From Gracilinanus agilis (lineage: Eukaryota), in contig NC_058133.1 of the NCBI RefSeq assembly GCF_016433145.1, positions 168,158,481 through 168,222,480 on the forward strand: DNA of 64,000 bases. The letters run 5' to 3'. The position numbers and the translations under genes were made by a program. The stretch's first letter is position 1, and every line of letters begins with the position of its first letter. Under the pieces are notes generated by a model that saw nothing but the letters and a program-made list of their open reading frames with translations, did no database searches and was not told the origin of the DNA. Shown one piece after another: positions 1-20,974 of this stretch.

Positions 1-344
1 CCCCCACCCCAGTCCCTCTGTAGATGGTCAGGGAGTTTATCCGGGTTTTCTTCCTGGCCTCGGTGGACAGAGTCCGGTTTGTAAGAGTTTGGAAGGAATT
101 GGGTCCAGGCCGGGGTTTCTTCCTTTCTTCCCTACCTCCTGGGACAGGCTGGTCTGAGGAAGGGCCGGTGCCAGGCGAGAGGGGGCAGTGCCAGGGGTAC
201 ATTCGAAATCAAGAAGGGGCTTTGCCAAGGGTAGAGTTGAAAGGAATCAGTAGAGAGAGGGCACGCATTAGGCGGGAGAGAACTGGTTGGGAGGGCCAAG
301 GACAAATTGGCATAATGTTAGGAATAATAACTATTATTTATATA

Positions 345-495
345 GTACTTTGAAATTTACAAAGTGCCTTACAAACATTTCATTTGAGCCTCACAACAAC
401 CCTGTGAGGTAGGCATTACGTGTATTAGTATTCCCATTTTACAGATGAAACAATTTCACTTTATTTGACTTGCCCAAGGTCACACTACTAAGGGG
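345..495 (-). mobile_element. MIR
   Basis: CCTCACAACAACCCTGTGAGGTAGG and CCCATTTTACAGATGA are reverse-complement MIR hallmarks. Confidence 0.75.
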
Positions 496-1439
496 CAAGA
501 AAGGTTGCCATGACCTCCTAGGTCGTGAAGGAGACCAGGCGCCAAACTGAGAGAATCCAGCCTCTGCTAATAATTCTTCCACAAGGTTGGGGTATGGGAT
601 GGGTGGCATCTTGGTACCTTAAGCAAATGCCAGGAATTTGGATTCTTTGTTTCCCTAAGAATCCGAATTATTCCTGTTCTTTTACTTAGCCTCTATCTTC
701 ATTTTTCTATTTCCTACAGCCCCTCCCCACCCCCAATCCATCCAACTCCCTTCGACCTTCCAAGTCTTTTCTCCTTTCAGCTTCTACAGCCTCCATCCTA
801 CCGTGCCCCTGGGATCTCAGTTCTGATGGTGGAGGGTAGAGTGAATTCAGCCTAAAGTGTCTTTGATTCTTGCTATCCTAAACAAAACTGTTGAGAACAT
901 CTGAAGGAGAGAAATGCAGAATTCTTGGCCCTGCTGTTTCCCTGATCCAACTCTCAAAAACTGGCCCCCTTGGGCCACCTCCTGCCACTTTGGCCTGTCT
1001 GCCTGGCTTGGGCTGGACTTGGGTGATGGGTGTGATGAGAGAGGCCTGCAAGTGCCTCATGAGGAAGTGGCAGAGAAACTCCTGACTCCCCAGGCTTGAG
1101 CGCAATCCTCCCCTCTCCCATTCCCCTTTCTACACCAAGAGGCTAAACTACCCACTTGGCTAAGTGAACCACCTGGGGAAGGAGGTTGTTGGGTGGGGCA
1201 TGTGGATAAGTAAACCGAAAATAAGGATATTTGCCTAGAGAATGGAATTGGCAGTGGGAGACGGCATCTCATCTTCTGGTATGGAAGTAAAGATAGAAGG
1301 AGCAGCCAGGAAGGCACATGGTTGGGAAGTAAACGCTCTGATAATTAGAGTGGGCAAAGGAGGAATTCTATAGTACTGGAGGTCTAGGGGAACTGCCTTT
1401 TGGGATAGGGCAGTCAACCGCAACTCTAGCAGGGAAGCC

Positions 1440-2000
1440 GAGACCCCAAGTGAGTCTACCTGCTGTGCCCACCTTCTAACTTCTGGCCCCCCACCACTTC
1501 CCTCGAAGTTTCAGCCGCCCAGGAAACCGCTGGGGGCGCCCAGACCGCAGCCCCCTCAGCCACCGCTGTCCCTCCCCCCCAGCGCTCCCACCGCGACCGC
1601 CCAACCCACCAACCCACCTGAAGAGGCCGCGGCTGCCAGGGGGGGCACCCTCCCCTTCCCTCAGTCTCTCCTCACTAGCAACTGCGGGCGGCTCTATTTA
1701 TAACTCCGGTGCCTATTCCGGGTTTCGGGTGCAAAGCCGTCTTCTCCAGCGTTCTAATCTCCGCTGGGATCTTTGCGCCCCCCAGGGCCCAGGCAGGTAA
1801 ATTTAAATTTAGCCCCAGGAAGCTCTGGGGAGCAAGTTTCCAAAACTACTCGGGGGGAGGCGGCTGCGGGAGGGAGGCGGGTGGTGCAAATACACGCGCC
1901 CCACTCCCCACCCCCACCTCTTCCCCACCCACTGAACTGCAGGAGGCGCTGGTCGGGAGCGAGGAGACGTCAGATCTAATTAGTAGTTTGGGGTAGTTTA
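1440..2000 (-). promoter_or_regulatory. CpG-rich element upstream of ZBTB7B (ThPOK); candidate ThPOK silencer or distal promoter
   Basis: CpG/GC-rich island. Cluster of RUNX-like ACCGCN motifs (ACCGCT 1526, ACCGCA 1544, ACCGCT 1562, ACCGCG 1590, ACCGCC 1596). Minus-strand TATAAATA at 1702-1695 and donor CAG|GTGGGT at 1618/1617. Lies downstream of LENEP, where ZBTB7B 5' elements sit in mammals (synteny inference). Confidence 0.55.
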
Positions 2001-4578
2001 GATCCGGAGCCCGAGATTGATAGAGTCATTGATAGGAACTGAGGCTGGAAGGAAGAAGGCACTGAAGGAGAGAGCCAGGGAAGGGCCGGGATCCGAGGGG
2101 CTGGTTGGCCGGAGAGGAGAGAGGAAATGAATCTGGGAGAATTTGAGGTCTGTGGGACCTGAGGTGGGGGATAACCACAGGGAAGGAGGACCCTATTGGG
2201 GAAAGAGAGAGGGGGGACTTTTTCTTACAGAAAGGAAATGACTCAGATGCAACTGAGATGCAAATATAGGCCAAAAAAAAAAAAAGCTGGAGGTCCACAG
2301 CTCTTTAGTGACCCCTGCCCGACTCGCAAATTAGGAAGACACTAGATACCAAGCGGATGGTTGCCCTTTATTATTTTAAAACTAATATCCAGTTTATTCT
2401 GCGGTTAAGGAATACCTTTCCTCCTCCCAGTCCAAGGGTCCGAGACTCCTCCATGGGACACCTAGTGGAGTGGCTGTGAAGCCCCAGGCTCAAGCTCCAT
2501 TTTTCCTCTTTCCAGGGCATTTGCAGGAGTCCCTTTCGGGTCTGAGTTCTTGTCCCATGATCCCCTGTCTCTCCACGTCTAGCTTCCGATCTCCGAGGTG
2601 GCTTCAGTTCTCCTGGAAGCCACTAGATGTCCGCGCTGCCTCGGAAAGCCCCCTCGGTGCCCCGGGGAAGCCCCTTCGAGTCCCCGGGACCTCTGCTCAA
2701 AGGGCACCCCAGGGTCTCCTTCCCTTTCCCCCTCAGCCACAGAGAGCATAGAATTTGGCAGTACCCGTTGAGGCACTGGGTGGGAAGAAACAAACAGCAT
2801 TCCTCACTCCCCATCACCCCCTCAATCAAAGCACCCAAAAACAACAGTGCAGCTGGTGGGCAGTGAATTATATTGTCACTCAAGGCTTTGAGCCTTCATT
2901 GTAACAAATGAGACTTGGCTTCATAAAGTAGCCAGTGCTCCCGGAGAACAGAATTCCCCTGCACTCCATGAGTTTATGAAACATATTACTAAAAAGTATC
3001 CCTCAATGTTTCCTGGGTAGGCTCTAAGCTTGTCTACCCGGACCAGAATACCTATACTGACTTCCTTTCCGAGGAGGCCCCAACCTAGGGTAGCTCAGCC
3101 TGGAACCCCAGCAAAGGAAAAGGGATGCACTCTCCAGGGGCAGTAGATGGAAGGTGCCTTGGGCTGTCTCAACACTCCCCAGTGCCTGTCGCAGAACCAG
3201 ATTCAAATCGGAAAATATTTAAAATAAAAATACAATAAAACATAGAGAACATTACATTTGTAGAAAGAGGTTAATATGTGGCCAGCCCATAAATATCTTT
3301 GAGTATGGATCAGTGGCCCCAGATTCTATTTGAGCCTGACATTAGTTTATACCAACCAGAATATGAGGGTAGAAGAAGGGACCCAGGGTTGCCTCTTGCC
3401 CACCCCCCACCCCCCCACCCCAAGCATGGGATCCTGGAGATGACAGAGAGGCTGGTAGGGGAAAGAAAACCAGCCCACTTCTCTACTAAGCCAGAGGGGC
3501 AGGGAGCAGATTTATATTGTTCTTGTCACCAGATTCATCAAGAAAAAGGATCTATTTGGTGTGAGTACAATGAGAGGAGGAATGGAAAAGGGGGGAGGTT
3601 GGGGGTGGAACGCTACTGATTCCTAACCATAACCCTTCCAGCTGCCAGGTCTCACCCTCCGGAGTGTCCACCCTCCTCCTCCCAGCTCAAATTGCACATT
3701 GAATCCCTGTCACTGCCGTTTTTTCTGACTTTTTTCCCCCTCTCACAGACCACAGCTCTGCCCATCTCCACCCACCACTTCCCCAAAGTCTCCTTTGCCA
3801 AATATCCCTTTGCCCATTCCATTCCCCTGGCATAGGTTCCATTCTCACCCCTCTGTACTCAGATCATACCCCTCCCCCTCCTCCTTTGGGCAATACCCCA
3901 AATCCAGCTGGGTGGAGTGGGGTTGGTCATAGGTCGGGAGACAGGAAAGGGCCTGGTAGAGGCAGGAGGCCAGGGCTTGAGTCACAGGATAGGTTAGGGC
4001 AAAATGGGGGCCAGGCCCTTGAGAAGGGAAGGGGATAGTTTGGATCCTGGAAGCTCCATTTCTCTCTTATTCATCATCCTGGTCTTATTTTCTATGCCAA
4101 ACCAAGGACTGGGACAAGGGAATTCCGTCCCTCTATGTTTTAGCAATGGATAATGGAATCCAAGGTCTTGAGGTGTTCTCTCCCTGGCATTTTTGCACAG
4201 ACGGGTGGTGCGTGCTATGTCTGCGATAGAGCGGCTTTGGAATATGGTAGCAATACTAGACAGGGAGGGGCCCTTGATACTACCCCATTGGTTCCCCCAC
4301 CCTACCCCACCCCATTCCATTTTATCTAGGGTCACATTTCCTCAACAGAAAAAACCTCCCAAAACACAAAAAGCCCCAACCTGGCCCAAGACCGAACATT
4401 TCCTACCTCTTTGTTCCTATGGACTTCTACCTTGCCCTCCCCCTGTACCAGCTCACTGAGATCCTGCCTGTGCCAGGCATTGGCTCTGATTGTCCATAGG
4501 GACCAGAAATCAAATGGCCCCAAGGTTGAAAGAGGCTGGAAGCCCACACAGCTCACAGTAGGCATTGCACTTCACTCA

Positions 4579-4584
4579 TTTATT
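4579..4584 (-). terminator. LENEP polyadenylation signal AATAAA
   Basis: tttatt on the plus strand, about 200 nt downstream of the LENEP stop. Confidence 0.7.
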
Positions 4585-4787
4585 GGTACCCTCAGGTAAG
4601 CACAGAAGACACAAGCAGGCTCAGAGATGGAGAAGGCACTAGAAGGAGAAAAGGGGAGGCTCAGAGGAAGGAATATTGCCAAGAAGGGCCAAGTCTTGTC
4701 CCTAATGGGACTCAGTGTTGTCCACCCGAGAGTACTAGATATGGTGACAAGGATGAGGATGGGCAGGGAGAGTCCTGAATACCTGGG

Positions 4788-4973
4788 CTAGTCTAGCAGC
4801 TCCTTAATACACCAGCAGCAGAGAAGGATATAAGCCGCCTCCTTCAGGAATCGCTGGAGTACCCCCCAGCTTGTGCCCATCTTGGTGACAGGCAGTCGGA
4901 ACCCAGCATCATGAAGGGCCTGGCTGAGGGAGAAGGGCAAGGTCTGGGCTACGGGCACAGCCCTCGGTTGCAT
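4788..4973 (-). CDS. LENEP: Lens epithelial protein LEP503, 61 aa, single coding exon
   Basis: MQPRAVPVAQTLPFSLSQALHDAGFRLPVTKMGTSWGVLQRFLKEAAYILLCCWCIKELLD closely matches LENEP as recalled (C-terminal AYILLCCWCIKELLD). TATAAAA at 5023-5017 and AATAAA at 4584-4579, both minus strand. Syntenic next to FLAD1. Confidence 0.95.
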   Translation of the reverse strand: MQPRAVPVAQTLPFSLSQALHDAGFRLPVTKMGTSWGVLQRFLKEAAYILLCCWCIKELLD

Positions 4974-5016
4974 GGGGATGTTTCTCAGTGGGAGAAAGGG
5001 GGCCGGCTCCATTGGC

Positions 5017-5280
5017 TTTTATAAACATTCTCCTACCCTGGGACTGGGTGCCCTCATGACTAGCAGAGAACAAAGCTCCTGGATGAGGCAAGGGGAGATT
5101 CTGGAATGGGGAATAATAGACGGTCAGCCTGGGCTGGGTGGGAGTATCCGACCCCTTGTCCCTCCCTTCCCTGTGTAGGAGACCCTGGGCATTCTGCCAA
5201 ACTACCCATTGGCCCAGCTCCCTCCGCCCTCTTCCCCAGGTCATATATCCTCACGTGGAGCCCTGCTGATGTTGGCATCG
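5017..5280 (-). promoter_or_regulatory. LENEP promoter: TATA box and MARE-like sites
   Basis: TATAAAA 5023-5017 lies about 45 nt upstream of the ATG. TGCTAGTCA half-MARE-like at 5065-5057. TGCTGATGTTGGCA (TGC-N8-GCA) at 5264-5277. Confidence 0.6.
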
Positions 5281-5451
5281 AGAAGCATCGGAGTTAGCTC
5301 AAGCCTATCCAGCCTCTCTTTTTTTTCACACTCCCAGCCCCCCACTCCTCTGCCCTTGTCCCATTCTGTTCAACATCCCTCTCCCACCCACCAACTCCAA
5401 TGCCAAGAAAGGAAGAAGTGGCAGAAGCTGTAGACACAGTAGCAGGCACCA

Positions 5452-5457
5452 TTTATT
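5452..5457 (-). terminator. FLAD1 polyadenylation signal AATAAA
   Basis: tttatt on the plus strand, about 95 nt downstream of the FLAD1 stop. Confidence 0.75.
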
Positions 5458-5550
5458 GGTTAGCTCTGATGGCAGGGCTGCTGGGGTTGGGAGACAATCA
5501 GGGCAGCAGATGGGGACAGAGAGTCCCCCAGCCTAACAGCAAGTCTAGAG

Positions 5551-10927
<5,377 letters not shown>

Positions 10928-11274
10928 GGTCCAACTTCGATCTTGCAGCAGCCTCCAGTAGCCACCCTGGCCCCAGGACAGGGCTCGGAAACATGAGGGT
11001 CCCGCCAGCTCTACAGAAAACCAGGAACTAATGCTCAAGTGAGATTAGGATGGGGGGAAGTAAGGGAAAATGTGGATAGAGGATGGGAACCTTAACTTGG
11101 GGGTCAGAGAATCATGGGATATCTGCCCTGGAGAAGACTTTAAGGTTCATCTAATACAACTCCATCATTTTTACAGAAGAGGAAACTGAGGATCAGAGGG
11201 GAAGTGACTGCTCAGTACCAACCAGCACAATGTGGGCAGAGTCTGGCCTGGAAGCAAAGTGATGAGGGAGCTCA

Positions 11275-11410
11275 GGGTAGTAAAAGACAGCATTGAAACA
11301 AGGTCTAATAACTAGGTTTCCAGTCTCAGCTTTGCTACTTACTCACTGTGTGACCTTGGATAAATCATTTAACTCTCTGGAACTCCGTTTTCCCCATCTG
11401 TAAAATAAAG
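11275..11410 (+). mobile_element. MIR
   Basis: CTGTGTGACCTTGGATAAATCATTTAAC...CCCCATCTGTAAAAT. Confidence 0.7.
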
Positions 11411-11740
11411 GGGGGACGGGGTTGGACCAGACAGCACCAAGGTCTACATTTGCTTCCGGCGAGCTCACGTCGTCTGTTGGACGGCAGTCCGAGGCTCCTT
11501 TCTCCACATCCCACCGACCCCCATCAGAGCCTCCAGCACTCTAACTGCTGCCCCTTTAAACATCGCCTCTGCGGATCGGGTACCTGCCTCTTTAATCGCC
11601 CGCACCGTGGGCCCCGCACGCGGAGACGATCCCTCTCCTTCTCCAAGCCTGATAACGCACTTTTCCAAACTGGGCCCCCAACCCCGCTCTGACCGCGCTC
11701 CAGATCTCCAATCCTCCAGCCGGGATTTCACGGCTCTCAC

Positions 11741-11995
11741 CTGCCCTTTTACCCTGTCGCGAGTTGTTTCCTACAACTCCCTCTCGATTGTTCCAATTAG
11801 GCTTCCGTACCCAGCGGTCCTCCCCAGCCACACACCCGCTCTACACCTATTGGCCTTCGTTTTCTCAGTCCCGCCCACCCCCTCTAAGCTTCGTTGGTGC
11901 CGGAGACAGTCCCTCGCAGATCCCGGGAGAGGCTCTGGGTTGTTGTTGGTGAGGAACACGTGGCCGTCACGCCCGGAAGTGCTGTGACGTGGGGT
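11741..11995 (-). promoter_or_regulatory. FLAD1 CpG-island promoter and probable non-coding exon 1
   Basis: Strong donor CAG|GTGAGA at 11741/11740. CCAAT 11853-11849, GC box about 11870-11876, E-box CACGTG 11957-11962, ETS CCGGAAGT 11973-11980, CRE-like TGACGT 11985-11990. No ATG on the minus strand between 11960 and 11741. Confidence 0.7.
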
Positions 11996-13011
11996 GGGGC
12001 ACTGAGTCCTTTCCCTCGGAGCGAGATTTCGGACTGTGGACTTTGGGGAACCATTAGCTAAAGCCCAGTGTGGCCAAAAGACACAGTCCGCAAACTGAGG
12101 CATCGGTTTCACCCACTGTAGTCCCAGGGTGAAGGTGCAATGGGCAAATAGTGGGTAGGTGGGTGAGACGGAACTTTGATTAGATACCAACAACTTCCCA
12201 TGGGATGTCATACAAAGCAGGTGAGGGCACAACATTATTCTGTAGATGCAGGGGTCCTGCTAGTCCACTACATCGCTTCTTAAAGACAAACTTTTCTTGG
12301 GGAGAGGGAGGAAATTCAGCCCTGGGCACCTGGTCAAAACACGAGTTTAAAGTATTTTTTAAACAAAGGTACTGTTAAGAACACTCCCCTACCACACCCA
12401 GCTATGCTTAGAAACCCAGGAACTTTCCCTGCAGATTATCAAGTACCTGGTTCACTTTTCTTGCCTTTTATTTTAGGTAATCCACTTACAGATGATGAGG
12501 ACCTCTTCTCTAGCCTTGATTTTTTCAACCTTTGAGTGCTTGCTTATGAGGTACTATGCTTAAGCAACACAAATAAGTGAAACTTACAGCTTAAAGATAA
12601 CAACCACTTGATCCATCAGAATTTCAAGACTTGAGGGAAATTGTTGGAGGTGGACTCTATAAAGTTAATAAAGCCAGACCTCTGGAAACAGTGAAATAGA
12701 GTACTAGACTTGGACTCAGGTAAACAGGCTGGACTTAACTTGCAGGTGACAATTCAGGTAAATCACTTAAGCTACAAGTATCATTTTCCAAACTATTGTA
12801 AATCTTAACCTTCTATGGAAATGAAATGAGCTATTTCAATTGTTAAAAATCCCCAACTTTGAAGAAGCAGTCTCATTCAAAACAGAACAAAACAAAACAA
12901 TAATAGCATGAAAAACAAAGCCAAAAGTCTTACATCCAGGAACTTTTTCTTAGCAGGACAATTTTATGAATCTCCACCTCAAGTAGGGGAAACCAAGACC
13001 ATCATATAGGG

Positions 13012-13175
13012 CAAGGGTCGGCAACGTATGGCTTTCTGCAGGAGCCATAGTCAATTTTTTTTCAGGCGCTATTACAGGAGTGCGCACTATGAACACTGTA
13101 CGGCTCTCACGAAATTACATTTTAAAAAATGTGGCGTTTATGGTTCTCATGGCCAAAAAGGTTGCCAGACCCCTG
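13012..13175 (-). mobile_element. hAT-superfamily MITE, copy 1 (internally deleted)
   Basis: TIRs CAAGGGTCGGCAAC / GTTGCCAGACCCCTG. 8-bp TSD ATATAGGG/ATATAGGA. Internal sequence homologous to 41953-42159. Confidence 0.9.
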
Positions 13176-14800
13176 ATATAGGATGTCTGGACATCTTTGA
13201 AGAAATTTCTACCAGTTCCCTAGCAGTCCATTGATCGCCAGAAATCGGATTAACTCGATTTCAAATTAAAATAGACCAAGTCAGGGTGACTTAAGTTTTT
13301 TTACAATTAGGAAGGCTGAAGGTAGGGAAATTGAGAAACTCTGGTCCAGACCAGTCTGAATTTAGAGGCCCCAGCAGAGGACAGAGGTTAAACAAAGCTT
13401 CTAGCCACAAGGCCCTTTACAATTAGAGAGGCAAGAGAGGACTCCTTGAGGAGAAAGGAAGTCAGCCTAACTTACCCAGGTGACAATTCAGAGGGAAGCT
13501 GTCTGAGGTCCCACCAGAGATCCTTCAACACCAAGTTCAAAGCGCCAACTGCTCCACAGGAAGTTACCATCATATTTAAAAGGTAGCATCTTTCGTCACT
13601 TCCTGCATCCACCTTCAATTTCAAGTGGACAAATGGCTTGCCTCAACAGCGTTTTGGACTGCCCAAAGGGCAGTCCCTTGTTGTTTTTTTTTATTTGTTA
13701 CTTATTGTTGCATGTGGATAATTGATCTTCCCCACCCCACTTAATTCTAAGTGGGGTGGGGTGACATTATTTCTGAAGGCTAGAGTCTAACAATGAATGA
13801 GGATGAGCTAATTCCATTTACACAATTCAATGGGAAACTGAACAAGATAATCAATCTGGCTGCTTCCAGTACAAACAATATGGAGTTTTCATGTCCAAAA
13901 ATATGTGGGAAAGCAGCATCTTGGAGGGGTCTCTAGCTTGGAAGACTGCCAACATTACTTCAAAAGGGACTTCAGTTTTTTCCTTTCATTTTACAAAAGA
14001 AGTTCTTGTCATAGGTAATACAGGGAACTGTTATGAATGGACTAAATTATGGAAGCAATGCTTTGGTTGGAGACATACAAATATAAAAAGTGACAGACTA
14101 AAGCATTTTATTGAGTCAGCTGCCCTAGGCCAATGAAGTTTTGAAATGAAAACTTTTTAGCAGATGTTAAAGAGCAATCAACTTAATCTATTTTTAAAAT
14201 CAGTTCCCTGAAATGAGCCTCATTATCAGCAAAGCAGTGAAGTCAGATAATTAGGACGCTGTATCTCATGAATGATGTTCATCCTGATCACAGGCAGAAA
14301 AAACCCAAGAATAAATTACAAAAACTTCCTCTTTATTCAAGGATTTAAACAGAACAGATATTTCTTGAATAAAATAGAAAGTTTCCAACAATGAAAATAT
14401 AAATCCATTCAGTCGCCTTGCACACAACCTGGCAGGGAAAAAAACTCCCCCCACAAATAGCAACAATTATACATGCCCCATAACTAAGCAGTGATGAATC
14501 TTCAGTCATTCTTGGCGCTTTGTCCATCTACTCAATGTGCTCAGCTTGATACAAAGCTTGCCGTGGCTTTTGGAGGCAAAGCTCAGCTGAAGTTATATCC
14601 ATCAGAGCACCCAATAGGGTGGTGGTGGTAGTGTCAGCTTTGCTCAAGAAACAAGAAAGTCACCAGCACTTTCAAACAGTGTATTAAACATCCCTTAAAT
14701 ATCCCAAGTGAGAAACAAGAAGGCAACACTATTAGCAGAAAGATGTTAGCAGGTAAGGACAGCTATGTACAGCTTAGAGCAGAAGTGGTACTACGCGCTT

Positions 14801-19880
<5,080 letters not shown>

Positions 19881-20354
19881 GTGAGTACGGAATTTTTATC
19901 ATCTTTATCTTATATTCTCCCCCCCCAATCTCCTGGAATCCCACTTCCGGCCAACCATTCACAAGTCCCGCCTTCTAAGACCCCATCCCCGGAAGTCCAG
20001 CCCCCCAGATCTGGGGATCCCCGAACCCCCTAAAGTTGCTAGCTTCGTAAATGTTTTTCTCTCCGAGAACCCCCTTCCCGCCCCATTTTATGTATAGCTC
20101 TGCCATCCACATCCCCCCACTCCCAGGACTTGCTTCCTCTTTAATCCTAACATTCCCAGGAAGCCCCGCCCCCGAGGGGGTCCCCAATAATTTTTTGTGG
20201 CCAGGTCTTCTGGTGGCCATGGCCCCTGGGCACCCCCCCACACACACACACCTTCAAGTGCCTTCGACTAGAATTCTGGGGAACTTTCCCCCTCATCAGG
20301 CCACTACCCCTCTTGTACACCTCACCATCCTCTCCCCTCTCCCTGGCTCCTTCA

Positions 20355-20780
20355 TTTAGTCCAATGAGCAATTATTAAGCGCCTACTATGTACCTGACAG
20401 AGTGTGGATACATAACTAAAAACCTAACAGTTCCAGGCTTCAGGGAACTTGCCTTCTAATGGAGTGGGGACCACATGCAGATAGAAAATTAAATACGAGT
20501 TATGCACAAAGTAGTTTTTTGTGAAAGTAATTTCCCAATAGCAACTGAGAGAAATTGGACTAGCCTTCCGGGAGATAGTGGCACTTTGGTGAAGTTTTTT
20601 AAAGGAAGCTAGACTTTTTATGAGTCAGAGATGGGGAGAAAGTGCATTACAAGAATGGGAGACAGTCTATGTAAAGATACAGAGATAGAAGATGGCATGC
20701 TGTGTATCAGAACAAGTATATTAATTTGATTTTGAGATAGAATGTGTGTGAAATAGAGAAATATGTATTTAGTCTTAAAA
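20355..20780 (-). mobile_element. L2 LINE 3' fragment
   Basis: TCATTTAGTCCAATGAGCAATTATTAAGCGCCTACTATGTACC is a reverse-complement L2 3' terminus. Confidence 0.55.
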
Positions 20781-20793
20781 TTTAGGCTGGAAT

Positions 20794-20974
20794 GGGCAGC
20801 TAGATGGCTCAGCAGATAAGAGAGCCAAGTCTAGAATCAGGAGGACCTGGGTTCAAATTTGGCCTTAGTTACTTGCTAGCTGTGTACCTGAGCAAGCCAC
20901 TTAACCCTAGTTCCCTAACTTTGGAACCCATACTAATATTGATTCTAAGATAGAAGGTAAAGTTTTAAAGAAAA
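20794..20974 (+). mobile_element. SINE1-like SINE
   Basis: GGGCAGCTAGATGGCTCAG head, GGTTCAAAT box and tail GATTCTAAGATAGAAGGTAA. Confidence 0.75.

Noticed and set aside
1-1440. ZBTB7B coding sequence
   Set aside because: No BTB or zinc-finger coding exon is present; the short ORFs here look non-coding.
4974-5012. 13-aa N-terminal extension of LENEP in the ORF track (ATG 5012)
   Set aside because: That ATG lies only 4 nt downstream of the TATA box, so it is upstream of any plausible TSS.
11465-11740. AUG-containing ORF (MFKGAAVRVLEALMG...) with a donor at 11469 as a coding FLAD1 exon 1
   Set aside because: The donor is phase 2 in that frame, but the 11010 acceptor needs phase 1, and the phase-1 frame has a stop and no ATG.
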